64,000 nucleotides of DNA from Escherichia coli (GTDB taxonomy: Bacteria; Pseudomonadota; Gammaproteobacteria; Enterobacterales; Enterobacteriaceae), in the NCBI RefSeq assembly GCF_044324875.1, contig NZ_CP172185.1; one strand, 5' to 3'. The position numbers and the translations under genes were made by a program. This document shows positions 1-12,298 of this stretch, piece after piece (position 1 is the first letter of the stretch; each line of letters begins with the position of its first letter). The notes under the pieces are model-generated. The model ran no database searches, was not told where the DNA came from, and saw nothing but the letters and a program-made list of their open reading frames with translations.

Positions 1-113
1 TATTGTTGGGTACCCGCGTAGCCAGTAATTTTTCCCCAGCCTGCGGTAATAAACAGAATCGGCATTAAAATGCGCGCTACCAGTACACCAACATCTTCTA
101 ATTTTTTCATCAT
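1..113 (-). CDS. yqjF: DoxX-family inner membrane protein, N-terminal part only (gene runs off the window start)
   Basis: Reverse-strand ATG at 111-113 opens a frame reading MMKKLEDVGVLVARILMPILFITAGWGK; hydrophobic DoxX-like N-terminus; sits next to yqjK as in E. coli. Confidence 0.6.
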   Translation of the reverse strand, partial: MMKKLEDVGVLVARILMPILFITAGWGKITGYAGTQQ

Positions 114-296
114 ACTCTCCACTGCGCCACTCAGGCTGCTGATTGTTTTTTTGTGCAAGGGCGCGGTATTAGCGTCGTTGCTGTCGATGGAGAGAATCAT
201 AAACGTGGTGAATGATGATTGTTAGCAAGGAAAACTGTCAAAAATCTTCAAAAAATTTGAGGGATAAGGCCGGAATGGCTCCGGCCAGAGAGGTTA

Positions 297-596
297 TTAA
301 CCGCGAAGCTGTTGCTGCTTGAGGGTCGTTTTAACCAGACGCCAGGCGCTCCATATGCCAAAACCGCGTCTGGCCCAGCGGACCAGCATATTGGGATGGC
401 GAATCGTCCAGATCGCCATCACGCTACTGCCAACCAGCGCCCAGGAGCGCAGACTTAGCAGCATATTCCAGCGACGATCGTAAGCGCCTGTTGCCTCCAG
501 CCATTCACGACGACTGGCAGAAAGAGCCAGCCGTTGTTGCTGGATCTGGCTAAGCAGTTGCGCCTTACGTCGTTCACGTTCGACTTTACTGCTCAC
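297..596 (-). CDS. yqjK: Small inner-membrane protein YqjK (99 aa)
   Basis: Track ORF 297..698(-); conserved product begins at GTG 594-596 (VSSKVERERRKAQLL...), overlapping yqjE stop by 11 nt. Confidence 0.7.
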   Translation of the reverse strand: MSSKVERERRKAQLLSQIQQQRLALSASRREWLEATGAYDRRWNMLLSLRSWALVGSSVMAIWTIRHPNMLVRWARRGFGIWSAWRLVKTTLKQQQLRG

Positions 597-990
597 GGGA
601 CTCCTCCTCGAGCAGCTGCCGATCGTTTGCCAGCTCATGGCGTGTATGGCGCAGCAAGGTGGATTTACGCGATTTACGTAACGTCCAGATACCGCCAATC
701 AGTGCCAGTAGCAGCAACACCACGGTGGTGGCAATCATCGCATTCAGGCGATATTGCGGATCAACCGCCCAAATAATCAGCACCATCAGGCTCATAAGAC
801 CAAATGCAGCGAAAAGCATCGTCAGGCCCAGCATCAGTAAAAGTTGAAAGAGATTCGCTTTTTCCTCTTCCAGCTCCACCACCGCCAGCCGCAGACGTGT
901 TTCCACCATTTCAACCATGATGGAAACAATTCGCTGCCCGATGCCCAGAACGCTTTTACCGGGCCCTTGCGCGTGATGAGTGTCCGCCAT
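586..990 (-). CDS. yqjE: Inner membrane protein YqjE (134 aa)
   Basis: Track ORF 586..1059(-); start taken at internal ATG 988-990 (MADTHHAQGPGKSVLGIGQRIV...); two hydrophobic helices. Confidence 0.8.
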   Translation of the reverse strand: MADTHHAQGPGKSVLGIGQRIVSIMVEMVETRLRLAVVELEEEKANLFQLLLMLGLTMLFAAFGLMSLMVLIIWAVDPQYRLNAMIATTVVLLLLALIGGIWTLRKSRKSTLLRHTRHELANDRQLLEEESREQ

Positions 991-992
991 AA

Positions 993-1298
993 TTAACGAC
1001 GCGACAGCAGAACGCCGAGCACTACACCGATTGCAGCGCCAATGCCCACGCCAGTCCACGGATTTTCACGCACATACTCATCGGCACGCGCCGCCGCGAC
1101 ACGGGTTTGTTTGGCGATGGCATCACCGGTTTCACCCAGGCGATAACGGCTCTGTTTCAGTGCCTGCTCCGCTTTGCTACGAATCTTACTCAACTCTTCT
1201 TTCGACTTCTCGCCAGATGAGCTAAGCACTTCTTCCAGCGTATCGGAAAGGGATTTCAACTCAGCACGCAGATGTTCCGTAGTGTGTTCTTTCGACAT
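993..1298 (-). CDS. yqjD: Ribosome-associated membrane protein YqjD (ElaB/YgaM family)
   Basis: Track ORF; 101 aa MSKEHTTEHLRAELKSL... with C-terminal TM anchor. Confidence 0.85.
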   Translation of the reverse strand: MSKEHTTEHLRAELKSLSDTLEEVLSSSGEKSKEELSKIRSKAEQALKQSRYRLGETGDAIAKQTRVAAARADEYVRENPWTGVGIGAAIGVVLGVLLSRR

Positions 1299-1335
1299 AG
1301 TTTTCTCCAGGTGAGTAAGTAGTGACTATTGTGAG

Positions 1336-1704
1336 TTAGTAGTCGCGCGCTTCCAGCTTTTTCAGCTCTTCCTGCGCTTCTGCCAGTTTCCGTTCGCGTT
1401 TGGCAATCTTATCGGCATCGCCTTTTTGCTTCGCCTCGGCTAAATCTTGCTGGCGTTCCGCCACCTCATCTTTCTGCTTTGCGATTTTCTTCTGATGATC
1501 GGCACGCAGCTGGCTATCTGAACAGTTGGCCCGGACTTCACTCAGGGCTTTATTCAGACCGTCAATACGATTCTGGTTTTGGTGTTTTTCGGCATAGCTG
1601 ATCTCCTTAAGGATATTTTGCTCCTTTTCCTGACACAGGGTAGTGGCATAACTACCGGCACTAAGAGCAAAAAGAGAAACAGCTAAAGCGATGCGGTATT
1701 TCAT
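1336..1704 (-). CDS. yqjC: Periplasmic protein YqjC (DUF1090), signal peptide
   Basis: Track ORF 1336..1719; start chosen at ATG 1702-1704 (MKYRIALAVSLFALSAGSYA...) giving 122 aa. Confidence 0.8.
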   Translation of the reverse strand: MKYRIALAVSLFALSAGSYATTLCQEKEQNILKEISYAEKHQNQNRIDGLNKALSEVRANCSDSQLRADHQKKIAKQKDEVAERQQDLAEAKQKGDADKIAKRERKLAEAQEELKKLEARDY

Positions 1705-1850
1705 TCTTGAACCTTCCATTGTGATTCGGACCTATTACAAAGGAACGATTGTCCAGACAACGAAGCGGTAGTGTTAACCACCGCCTCATTAATCATAGAC
1801 AGTTACGGTGAAATCACCAAAGTCAGTGATATGTTTCGGATAACAGGAAG

Positions 1851-2234
1851 TTATCCGAAGCGATGAGAGTTATCCCGCAACCGGGTCAGCCACTGCATAG
1901 CCTGACTATTATTGTCCTGCTGTGCAATGATGTAGCCATGGGGCAATGTTCTGTCGAGGACCGCTTTTGCGGCGGCACTCTGGTCGCTGGAATCAAAGGT
2001 AATTAACAGAGTGTCATTTTTGGGGGTGATACTTTTGAAAGGAATGCCGTGAGCGTCAAGGTGATGCCAGATTGAAAAACCGTCTGGCATCGTTGTCCCT
2101 TGATGAACGGCACGAATCGCCAGCGTAGACTCTTGCTGGCGAACCGCGGACCAGGCCAGCAACAGTGTGCCGACCAGAAGTAAAACAGCGCCGGACCAGG
2201 CTAGCTGGCGAAGCGACATGCGAGGTATTTGCAT
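1851..2234 (-). CDS. mzrA: Modulator of EnvZ/OmpR, MzrA
   Basis: Track ORF 127 aa [31 protein letters not shown]...; directly downstream of yqjA. Confidence 0.8.
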   Translation of the reverse strand: MQIPRMSLRQLAWSGAVLLLVGTLLLAWSAVRQQESTLAIRAVHQGTTMPDGFSIWHHLDAHGIPFKSITPKNDTLLITFDSSDQSAAAKAVLDRTLPHGYIIAQQDNNSQAMQWLTRLRDNSHRFG

Positions 2235-2237
2235 CCC

Positions 2238-2900
2238 TTACCCCCGATTTCCATATTTCTTTTTCCATAACACGACCAGAGAACCTGCCAGGCCAAACAC
2301 CAGCAGCACCACCGGGAGCAGCATCAGGCATGACATCAGCTGGTCCTCGTACTTTAAAAATACCGGCGTTTTGCCGAGCATGTAACCCAGAGTTGTCAGG
2401 ATCAATACCCACAGCAGACCGCTCATCCAGTTGAAGAACTGAAAGCGCGCGTTATTCAGCCCTGATAATCCGGCAATCGTCGGCAGCAGTGTTCTGACAA
2501 ATGCAATAAAGCGACCAATTAACAGCGCCGATAAACCGTGTTTATGAAAAAGATGGTGTGCGCGTTGATGATAATGCGCGGGTAAATGAGATAGCCAGTT
2601 TTGTACTGTGCGGGTATTGCCCAGCCATCGCCCCTGAATATAGCTGACCCAGCAACCGAGGCTGGCGGCAACGGTCAGCAGCAGAATCGTTTGCGGATAG
2701 CCCATCGCGCCTTTCGCAATCAATACGCCGACCAACACCAGTAAACTGTCGCCCGGTAAAAAGGCCGCCGGAAGCAAGCCGTTTTCAAGGAACAAAATTA
2801 CAAACAAGACAAAATACAACATGCCAATCATCGACGGATTGGCCAGGGTTTCAAAATCCTGCGCCCACAGGGCTTGCAGCAATTGGGTCAAAAGTTCCAT
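2238..2900 (-). CDS. yqjA: DedA-family inner membrane protein YqjA
   Basis: Track ORF 220 aa [33 protein letters not shown]...; multi-TM DedA signature. Confidence 0.9.
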   Translation of the reverse strand: MELLTQLLQALWAQDFETLANPSMIGMLYFVLFVILFLENGLLPAAFLPGDSLLVLVGVLIAKGAMGYPQTILLLTVAASLGCWVSYIQGRWLGNTRTVQNWLSHLPAHYHQRAHHLFHKHGLSALLIGRFIAFVRTLLPTIAGLSGLNNARFQFFNWMSGLLWVLILTTLGYMLGKTPVFLKYEDQLMSCLMLLPVVLLVFGLAGSLVVLWKKKYGNRG

Positions 2901-3199
2901 TCATTATTCCTGGTGAATCGGTTAACGCCACGCTGGTTTTAAAAGATGCACTACCGCAATGTTATTGCTGTTTTGGTATGTTTTGCGGGTTTGATACATC
3001 AACACAGCCTGAACTATTCCCTGTTAAATCGTGAGATAAGAAAGCATTCAAAAGCATAAATTCAAATTGAATCTAATTGTAACAAAGGTCAACGTTGTTC
3101 GTTATCAAAATTACATGTCCGTAGAGTCTGATTTTGCTGATTGCAGGGGAGGGTGGCGAGAGGATTTACACAGGCTGACACTTTATACTTTTCGCTTAC

Positions 3200-3231
3200 C
3201 GACGAAGCAAACAGGCGCATTGCAGCGCCTG
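3200..3231 (-). terminator. Intrinsic terminator downstream of exuR
   Basis: Hairpin CAGGCGC-ATTGCA-GCGCCTG at 3213-3231, followed on the minus strand by a U-rich run. Confidence 0.5.
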
Positions 3232-3244
3232 TCGGATGGAAATT

Positions 3245-4021
3245 TCATTTGCTGCCGCTGGTGGCCGTATCGAGATGCACTACCGGGTTTTCTGCGAACA
3301 GATAGCGGTCGGCATTGAACTCGAAATCGTCGCTGGTTTCGTTAAATAACATGATTTTGGTGTTTTCCAGATGCTGCCACATTGCCAGCTTAGCAGCATG
3401 AGGATCTTTGCGAATTAACGCCTTGAGGATCTGATCGTGGTCATCGCACCAGTTATCGACAGTACGGGCATCAATGTGTTCGTGTAGTTTTTTCCAGTAC
3501 GGGTTATGGCTACGTTGGGTCCACATTTTTTCCACGATAGCCGCCAGGGCGGAGTTCTGCGTCGCCAGAGCTACCTGAATGTGGAACTGCAAATCCCACT
3601 CGGAATCACGGAAGCATTGTTCGCCGCGCGCCTGCTCCTGGATGGCCATCAATTTCATGATGTCCTGTTTCGTTACCTGAGTTGCCGCGAACTCGGCAAT
3701 ATTACTTTCGATGAGCTGGCGAGCCTGGAGCAACTCAAACGGACCGTAATTGGCGAATTCCATATTATTGTCCGCCGCCTGCTGATGACGCGGCTGGTTG
3801 GAAACCACGTGAATACCTGAACCTTTACGCACCTCCACATAGCCTTCAACTTCCAGCATGATGATGGCTTCACGAACCACGGTGCGGCTGACGTTTTTTT
3901 CATCGGCAATAAAGCGCTCAGCAGGCAGTTTATCACCCACCAGATAGACGCCCTGTTCGATGCGCTCTTTCAGATCAGCGGCAAGTTGTTGATACAAACG
4001 GCGTGGTTCAGTGATTTCCAT
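3245..4021 (-). CDS. exuR: GntR-family repressor of hexuronate utilisation, ExuR
   Basis: Track ORF 3245..4036; start taken at ATG 4019-4021 ([24 protein letters not shown]...), 258 aa. Confidence 0.85.
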   Translation of the reverse strand: MEITEPRRLYQQLAADLKERIEQGVYLVGDKLPAERFIADEKNVSRTVVREAIIMLEVEGYVEVRKGSGIHVVSNQPRHQQAADNNMEFANYGPFELLQARQLIESNIAEFAATQVTKQDIMKLMAIQEQARGEQCFRDSEWDLQFHIQVALATQNSALAAIVEKMWTQRSHNPYWKKLHEHIDARTVDNWCDDHDQILKALIRKDPHAAKLAMWQHLENTKIMLFNETSDDFEFNADRYLFAENPVVHLDTATSGSK

Positions 4022-4092
4022 ATGCGCTCCAGGCATGATACGGCAGACTATATTTGTTATACCACTTTTGCGAGTTTAGCTCTACTCACAGT

Positions 4093-4120
4093 GATGAAAA
4101 AGCCGCCTGAGAAGGCGGCT
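4093..4120 (-). terminator. Intrinsic terminator downstream of exuT
   Basis: Hairpin AGCCGCC-TGAGAA-GGCGGCT at 4101-4120 followed on minus strand by UUUUUCAUC. Confidence 0.6.
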
Positions 4121-4150
4121 TTGAAGGGAAACTAAAACTTACACGAAGCC

Positions 4151-5449
4151 TTAATGTTGCGGTGCAGGATCGTTATGTGTTTCCTGCGCCACCTCAATCG
4201 CCGGTTTGTTCTGCAACACGGTCCAGATAACCAGTGCACCTAACAGGTCGAACACTGCCAGAACTGCGAACAGCGGGCTGAAGCCGATGGTGTCAGCCAG
4301 TGCACCGACAACCAGCGCAAACAGCGTACTTGCCAGCCATGCGGACATCCCGGTTAAACCGTTTGCCGTTGCCACTTCGTTACGACCAAACACGTCAGAA
4401 GAGAGCGTAATCAGCGCGCCAGACAGTGCCTGGTGAGCAAAACCACCGATACACAGCAGCATAATCGCGACATACGGGTTGGTGAACAGACCGATCATAC
4501 CCGGGCCAATCATCAGCACAGCACCCAGCGTTACGACCATCTTACGGGAAACGATCAGGTTCACACCAAACCAACGCTGGAACAGCGGCGGCAGGTAACC
4601 ACCGAGGATACAACCGAGGTCAGCAAACAGCATCGGCATCCAGGCAAACATCGCGATCTCTTTCAGGTTAAAGCCGTAAACTTTAAACATGAACAGCGGG
4701 ATCCACGCGTTAAAAGTACCCCATGCCGGTTCTGCCAGGAAGCGCGGCAGCGCGATACCCCAGAACTGACGGTTACGCAGGATCTGACCAACGGACATTT
4801 TCTTCGCTGTGTCAACCTGGTGCTGGGCTTCCTGACCATTAATAATGTAGTCGCGTTCTTCATCGGTCAGATGCTTCTGGTCGCGCGGATGTTTATAGAA
4901 AATCAGCCATGCCATCGCCCAGATAAAGCTCAATGCACCGGAGATGATAAATGCCATCTGCCAGCTGTGCATTACGATTGCCCATACCACCAGCGGCGGT
5001 GCAATCATCGCACCAATCGAAGAACCTACGTTAAAGTAACCTACCGCGATGGAACGCTCTTTCGCCGGGAACCATTCGGAGCTGGCTTTCAGACCCGCCG
5101 GGATCATCGCTGCTTCCGCGGCACCGACCGCACCACGAGCAACAGCCAGGCCGCCCCAGCTACCTGCCAGCGCGGTTGCACCACAGAATACGGCCCACAG
5201 TACAGCAAACATTGCGTAACCGATTTTCGTACCCAGCACATCCAGTACATAACCTGCTACCGGTTGCATGACCGTATAAGCAGCAGAATAGGCTGCGATG
5301 ATATAGGAATACTGTTGGGTGGAGATGTTTAACTCTTCCATCAGAGTTGGCGCAGCTGCCGCCACAGTGTTACGCGTCAGGTAACCAAGCACGGTGCCGA
5401 GCGTCACCAGTGCGATCATATACCAACGTAACCCTTTAATTTTACGCAT
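4151..5449 (-). CDS. exuT: Hexuronate (galacturonate/glucuronate) MFS transporter ExuT
   Basis: Track ORF 4151..5569; start taken at ATG 5447-5449 (MRKIKGLRWYMIALVTLG...) preceded by SD GAGG; 432 aa, 12-TM MFS. Confidence 0.85.
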   Translation of the reverse strand: MRKIKGLRWYMIALVTLGTVLGYLTRNTVAAAAPTLMEELNISTQQYSYIIAAYSAAYTVMQPVAGYVLDVLGTKIGYAMFAVLWAVFCGATALAGSWGGLAVARGAVGAAEAAMIPAGLKASSEWFPAKERSIAVGYFNVGSSIGAMIAPPLVVWAIVMHSWQMAFIISGALSFIWAMAWLIFYKHPRDQKHLTDEERDYIINGQEAQHQVDTAKKMSVGQILRNRQFWGIALPRFLAEPAWGTFNAWIPLFMFKVYGFNLKEIAMFAWMPMLFADLGCILGGYLPPLFQRWFGVNLIVSRKMVVTLGAVLMIGPGMIGLFTNPYVAIMLLCIGGFAHQALSGALITLSSDVFGRNEVATANGLTGMSAWLASTLFALVVGALADTIGFSPLFAVLAVFDLLGALVIWTVLQNKPAIEVAQETHNDPAPQH

Positions 5450-7344
<1,895 letters not shown>

Positions 7345-7358
7345 GGTCTGGGGTTGAT

Positions 7359-8846
7359 ATGCAATACATCAAGATCCATGCGCTGGATAACGTCGCGGTC
7401 GCTTTAGCAGATTTGGCGGAAGGCACAGAAGTCAGTGTCGATAACCAGACTGTTACGCTGCGCCAGGATGTTGCTCGTGGACATAAATTTGCGTTAACGG
7501 ATATCGCAAAAGGGGCCAACGTCATCAAATATGGCCTGCCGATTGGTTATGCATTGGCGGATATTGCGGCGGGGGAACACGTTCACGCCCACAATACGCG
7601 CACGAATCTGAGCGATCTGGATCAGTATCGCTATCAACCTGATTTTCAGGATCTGCCTGCGCAAGCGGCAGATCGTGAAGTGCAGATCTATCGTCGCGCT
7701 AACGGCGATGTCGGGGTGCGTAATGAGCTGTGGATCCTGCCAACCGTGGGCTGTGTCAACGGCATCGCGCGGCAGATCCAGAACCGTTTCCTGAAAGAGA
7801 CCAACAACGCCGAAGGTACTGACGGCGTGTTCCTCTTCAGCCACACCTACGGCTGCTCGCAGCTGGGCGACGATCACATCAATACCCGCACCATGCTGCA
7901 AAATATGGTGCGCCACCCGAACGCGGGCGCAGTGCTGGTGATTGGCCTGGGTTGTGAAAACAACCAGGTTGCCGCATTCCGTGAAACGCTGGGCGATATC
8001 GATCCTGAACGCGTTCATTTCATGATCTGCCAACAGCAGGATGATGAGATCGAAGCCGGGATCGAGCATTTGCATCAGCTGTATAGCGTGATGCGCAACG
8101 ATAAACGCGAACCGGGCAAACTCAGCGAACTGAAGTTTGGTCTGGAGTGCGGTGGTTCTGACGGTCTTTCTGGTATTACTGCTAACCCGATGCTGGGGCG
8201 TTTCTCTGACTACGTGATTGCTAACGGTGGTACTACCGTACTGACCGAAGTGCCGGAGATGTTTGGCGCAGAGCAGTTGCTGATGGACCATTGCCGCGAC
8301 GAAGCAACGTTTGAAAAACTGGTCACCATGGTCAACGACTTCAAACAGTACTTTATTGCCCATGACCAGCCGATCTACGAAAACCCATCACCGGGGAACA
8401 AAGCGGGCGGTATCACCACGCTGGAAGACAAATCACTTGGCTGTACCCAGAAAGCGGGTTCCAGTGTCGTGGTTGACGTGCTGCGTTACGGCGAGCGTCT
8501 GAAAACGCCGGGGCTGAACTTGTTAAGTGCGCCGGGTAACGATGCCGTAGCGACCAGCGCCCTGGCGGGGGCGGGCTGCCATATGGTGCTGTTCAGTACT
8601 GGTCGTGGCACGCCGTATGGTGGATTTGTGCCGACGGTGAAAATCGCCACCAACAGTGAACTGGCGGCGAAGAAAAAACACTGGATCGACTTTGACGCGG
8701 GTCAGCTGATCCACGGTAAAGCGATGCCGCAGTTGCTGGAAGAATTTATCGACACCATCGTTGAGTTTGCCAATGGTAAACAAACCTGCAACGAGCGTAA
8801 CGACTTCCGCGAACTGGCGATCTTCAAAAGCGGCGTAACGCTATAA
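7359..8846 (+). CDS. uxaA: Altronate dehydratase UxaA
   Basis: Track ORF 495 aa MQYIKIHALDNVAVALADLAEGTEV...; 14 bp after uxaC. Confidence 0.9.
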   Translation: MQYIKIHALDNVAVALADLAEGTEVSVDNQTVTLRQDVARGHKFALTDIAKGANVIKYGLPIGYALADIAAGEHVHAHNTRTNLSDLDQYRYQPDFQDLPAQAADREVQIYRRANGDVGVRNELWILPTVGCVNGIARQIQNRFLKETNNAEGTDGVFLFSHTYGCSQLGDDHINTRTMLQNMVRHPNAGAVLVIGLGCENNQVAAFRETLGDIDPERVHFMICQQQDDEIEAGIEHLHQLYSVMRNDKREPGKLSELKFGLECGGSDGLSGITANPMLGRFSDYVIANGGTTVLTEVPEMFGAEQLLMDHCRDEATFEKLVTMVNDFKQYFIAHDQPIYENPSPGNKAGGITTLEDKSLGCTQKAGSSVVVDVLRYGERLKTPGLNLLSAPGNDAVATSALAGAGCHMVLFSTGRGTPYGGFVPTVKIATNSELAAKKKHWIDFDAGQLIHGKAMPQLLEEFIDTIVEFANGKQTCNERNDFRELAIFKSGVTL

Positions 8847-8867
8847 AGTCGAAATGAGTTGTTAATA

Positions 8868-8908
8868 AAAAACGGCGTTTCATAATGTGAAGCGCCGTTT
8901 GCTTTTCC
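8868..8908 (+). terminator. Intrinsic terminator after uxaA
   Basis: Stem AAACGGCG/CGCCGTTT at 8870-8900 followed by GCTTTTCC. Confidence 0.5.
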
Positions 8909-8928
8909 ATACCTGCTAAGGATTTATC

Positions 8929-9480
8929 ATGACCGCGTATTGGCTGGCCCAGGGCGTGGGTGTCATCGCCTTTCTGATTGGTATCACAACATTTTTCAAT
9001 CGTGACGAACGTCGCTTCAAAAAGCAGCTTTCGGTCTATAGCGCCGTTATTGGCGTACATTTTTTTCTTCTGGGCACCTATCCCGCCGGTGCCAGTGCCA
9101 TCCTTAATGCCATTCGTACATTGATTACCTTACGCACGCGCAGCTTATGGGTAATGGCGATTTTTATTGTGCTGACTGGCGGAATTGGCCTCGCGAAGTT
9201 CCATCATCCTGTCGAACTATTGCCGGTTATCGGCACGATTGTCAGTACCTGGGCGCTATTCCGCTGTAAAGGGCTGACCATGCGCTGCGTAATGTGGTTT
9301 TCAACGTGTTGCTGGGTGATTCACAACTTCTGGGCGGGGTCGATAGGCGGCACGATGATTGAGGGGAGTTTTCTGCTCATGAATGGCCTGAATATCATTC
9401 GTTTCTGGCGGATGCAGAAAAGGGGAATTGATCCGTTTAAAGTAGAGAAAACCCCTTCCGCCGTAGACGAAAGGGGTTAA
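8929..9480 (+). CDS. ygjV: Inner membrane protein YgjV
   Basis: Track ORF 183 aa MTAYWLAQGVGVIAFLIGITTFFNRDERRF...; multi-TM. Confidence 0.85.
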   Translation: MTAYWLAQGVGVIAFLIGITTFFNRDERRFKKQLSVYSAVIGVHFFLLGTYPAGASAILNAIRTLITLRTRSLWVMAIFIVLTGGIGLAKFHHPVELLPVIGTIVSTWALFRCKGLTMRCVMWFSTCCWVIHNFWAGSIGGTMIEGSFLLMNGLNIIRFWRMQKRGIDPFKVEKTPSAVDERG

Positions 9481-9484
9481 ACAA

Positions 9485-10729
9485 TTAATTACGCAGGGCG
9501 CTATTTGCCAGACGATCGTCTTCTGCCTGGCAAGCTGCCGCAGTGAATAGCACGTCAGTTGAAGAGTTCAGCGCGGTTTCGCAAGAGTCCTGCAATACGC
9601 CGATGATAAAGCCGACGGCAACCACCTGCATGGCGATATCGTTCGAAATACCGAACATATTACAGGCCAGTGGGATCAGCAGCAAAGACCCCCCCGCCAC
9701 GCCGGATGCGCCACAGGCACACAGAGAAGCCACTACGCTCAACAGCAGCGCTGTGGGCAGATCGACCGGAATACCCAGCGTATTAACCGCAGCCAGCGTC
9801 AACACGGTAATGGTGATTGCTGCGCCCGCCATATTGATGGTGGCTCCCAGCGGAATAGAAACGGAATAGGTATCGCGATCCAGATTCAGCTTTTCACACA
9901 GCGCCATATTCACCGGAATGTTCGCTGCAGAGCTGCGGGTGAAGAAGGCATACACACCGCTTTCACGCAGGCACAGCAGCACCAGCGGGAACGGGTTACG
10001 ACGAATTTTCCACCACACCAGCAATGGGTTAACCACCAGCGCCACCAGTAACATACAGCCAACCAGCACGACCAGCAGTTGCGCGTAGCCCCACAGTGTG
10101 GAGAAACCGGTGGTTGCCAGGGTAGAAGAAACCAGACCAAAAATACCGATCGGTGCGAAGCGAATGACCAGTTTCACCATAAAGGTGACGGCATTCGACA
10201 TATCGTTGACCAGGTTTTTGGTGGTCTCGTTACCGTGACGCAGTGCGAAACCGAGGCCAATTGCCCACACCAGAATCCCGATGTAGTTACCTTTCAGCAG
10301 CGCGTCGATGGGGTTGGAAACCATGCTCATTACCAGCCCGCGCATCACTTCGACAATGCCTGACGGCGGCGAAATATCACCCGCGCTACTGGACAAGTGC
10401 AGGGTAGAAGGGAAGGCAAAGCTGAAGACTACTGCGGCCAGAGCAGCAGAGAAGGTGCCCAGTAGATAGAGGAACAAAATAGGACGGATATTGGTTTTCT
10501 GCCCGTGCTGGTGGTTAGCAATAGACGCCATTACCAGCATCAACACCAGGATGGGGGCAACGGCTTTCAGTGCGCCGACGAACAAAGTACCTAACAGACC
10601 AACAGCTTCCGCCGCGGGTTTTGAGATCCATGCCAGAAGAATCCCCAGAACAAGGCCGACCAGGATTTGTTTTACCAGGCTGCCATGAGCCAGACGCCGG
10701 AATAGCCCCGGTGAACGTTGCGTAGTCAT
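9485..10729 (-). CDS. sstT: Na+-coupled serine/threonine transporter SstT
   Basis: Track ORF 414 aa [34 protein letters not shown]...; DAACS family. Confidence 0.9.
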   Translation of the reverse strand: MTTQRSPGLFRRLAHGSLVKQILVGLVLGILLAWISKPAAEAVGLLGTLFVGALKAVAPILVLMLVMASIANHQHGQKTNIRPILFLYLLGTFSAALAAVVFSFAFPSTLHLSSSAGDISPPSGIVEVMRGLVMSMVSNPIDALLKGNYIGILVWAIGLGFALRHGNETTKNLVNDMSNAVTFMVKLVIRFAPIGIFGLVSSTLATTGFSTLWGYAQLLVVLVGCMLLVALVVNPLLVWWKIRRNPFPLVLLCLRESGVYAFFTRSSAANIPVNMALCEKLNLDRDTYSVSIPLGATINMAGAAITITVLTLAAVNTLGIPVDLPTALLLSVVASLCACGASGVAGGSLLLIPLACNMFGISNDIAMQVVAVGFIIGVLQDSCETALNSSTDVLFTAAACQAEDDRLANSALRN

Positions 10730-10973
10730 TTTTCGATCCTTTCATTGTGTTGTCGCACATCCCTGGTGCGTTCTGTCGACGCATCTTTCAGGATGTAACA
10801 AAGTGTTTGCAAGGTCGAGTATAAGGAAAGTTACAGCTTCGGGAAGCGAAAAATGCTGGATTTTAAAGAGAGGTCATATTTTGCAACTTAATGGTTACAT
10901 TTATTTGACATAAAAATAAAGCCAACGTGCGGCTTCCAGACTGATGACAACGTCAAAAAAGTACTCGGTCAGT

Positions 10974-10999
10974 CCCCTCTCCCCGGAAGGGAGAGGGAG
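10974..10999. other. Stable GC hairpin ~50 nt downstream of alx stop (possible terminator or RNA end-protecting element)
   Basis: CCTCTCCCC-GGAA-GGGAGAGG perfect 8-9 bp stem with GGAA loop. Confidence 0.4.
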
Positions 11000-11050
11000 A
11001 AAACGGTGCTCATGTTGATGACAGGGTACACGGCTTAGGCAGATTAAAAA

Positions 11051-12016
11051 TCATCCAACCCGCTGCTTATCATGCCGATAATTCACCCAGGCGTTGATAA
11101 TAAACGTCATCACCAGAATGCCAAACACCACGCCCAGCGAGACGGCGATTGGAATATGGTAGAAGTCGACAATCAGCATCTTGATACCGATAAACACCAG
11201 AATCACCGCCAGGCCATATTTGAGCATCGAGAAACGTTCTGCTACGCCCGCCAGCAGGAAATACATCGCACGCAGGCCGAGGATCGCAAACAGGTTTGAG
11301 GTCAGCACAATAAACGGATCGGTGGTCACGGCGAAGATAGCCGGAATGCTATCCACGGCGAAAATCACGTCGCTCAATTCCACCAGAATCAGCACCAGCA
11401 TCAGCGGCGTGGCATACAGCAAGCCATTCTTACGCACAAAGAAATGCTCGTTGTCGATGGTGTCGGTCATGCGCAAATGACCGCGCAGCCAGCGCACCAG
11501 CGGCTTGTCGCCAATGCCTGATTCATCTTCATGGGCCAGCGCCATCTTCACGCCGGTAAACAGCAGGAAGGCACCGAAGATATACAGGATCCAGTCGAAC
11601 TGCGAAATCAGCCAACTGCCAGTGAAGATCATGATGGTACGCAGAACAATCGCCCCGAGTACGCCATACACCAGCACGCGCCGTTGTAACGCCGCCGGAA
11701 CAGAGAAATAGCTGAACAACATCAGCCAGACAAAGACGTTATCGACCGCCAGCGATTTCTCAATCAGATAACCTGTGAGAAAGGCCAGTGCCTGTGGATC
11801 GGCAACGGCGCGACCTTCGGTTTGCACCAGATACCACCAGAAAGCGGCGTTAAACAGTAACGACAGCGTCACCCAGACCAGCGACCAGGCCGCAGCCTGT
11901 TTCATGGTCATGGCATGTGCCCCACGACGCCCCTGCAACAACAGGTCGATAGCCAGCATAATGGCGACAACAACAGCGAATCCGCCCCATAGCAACGGCG
12001 TGCCGACAGTATTCAT
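11051..12016 (-). CDS. alx: TerC-family membrane protein Alx
   Basis: Track ORF 321 aa [32 protein letters not shown]... Confidence 0.9.
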   Translation of the reverse strand: MNTVGTPLLWGGFAVVVAIMLAIDLLLQGRRGAHAMTMKQAAAWSLVWVTLSLLFNAAFWWYLVQTEGRAVADPQALAFLTGYLIEKSLAVDNVFVWLMLFSYFSVPAALQRRVLVYGVLGAIVLRTIMIFTGSWLISQFDWILYIFGAFLLFTGVKMALAHEDESGIGDKPLVRWLRGHLRMTDTIDNEHFFVRKNGLLYATPLMLVLILVELSDVIFAVDSIPAIFAVTTDPFIVLTSNLFAILGLRAMYFLLAGVAERFSMLKYGLAVILVFIGIKMLIVDFYHIPIAVSLGVVFGILVMTFIINAWVNYRHDKQRVG

Positions 12017-12240
12017 AGAAGTTCCTTACACATAAAAAAACGGCCAACGTCGGAAGACGTCAGCCGCTGCTTTTTATGCATAGACCTCGCCTTCCGGCAA
12101 GGTCTCACTTACAACAAAAAAGGAATACGTCTGCGTATTCCTTTCGGGTTGCCCGGTGACCGGATGTGGTTTTGCACACATCGTAATGACGATCGACCGG
12201 CAATGAAGTTACTCCCCTTTGCAGGTAACAAAGTATGACA
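12017..12240 (-). promoter_or_regulatory. alx leader: yybP-ykoY-type (Mn2+/alkaline-pH responsive) riboswitch with two terminator-like hairpins
   Basis: Minus-strand RNA contains AAAGGGGAGUAAC (12211-12223), hairpin GGAAUACGCAGACGUAUUCC + U6 (12121-12142), and hairpin ACGUCUUCCGACGU + GGCCGUUUUUUUAUG immediately before the alx AUG (12034-12061). Confidence 0.7.
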
Positions 12241-12298
12241 GACCATTCAGTCAGTCAATGGTCTGTTACATACCTTTTACATTGTTTTACTTTGGCAA

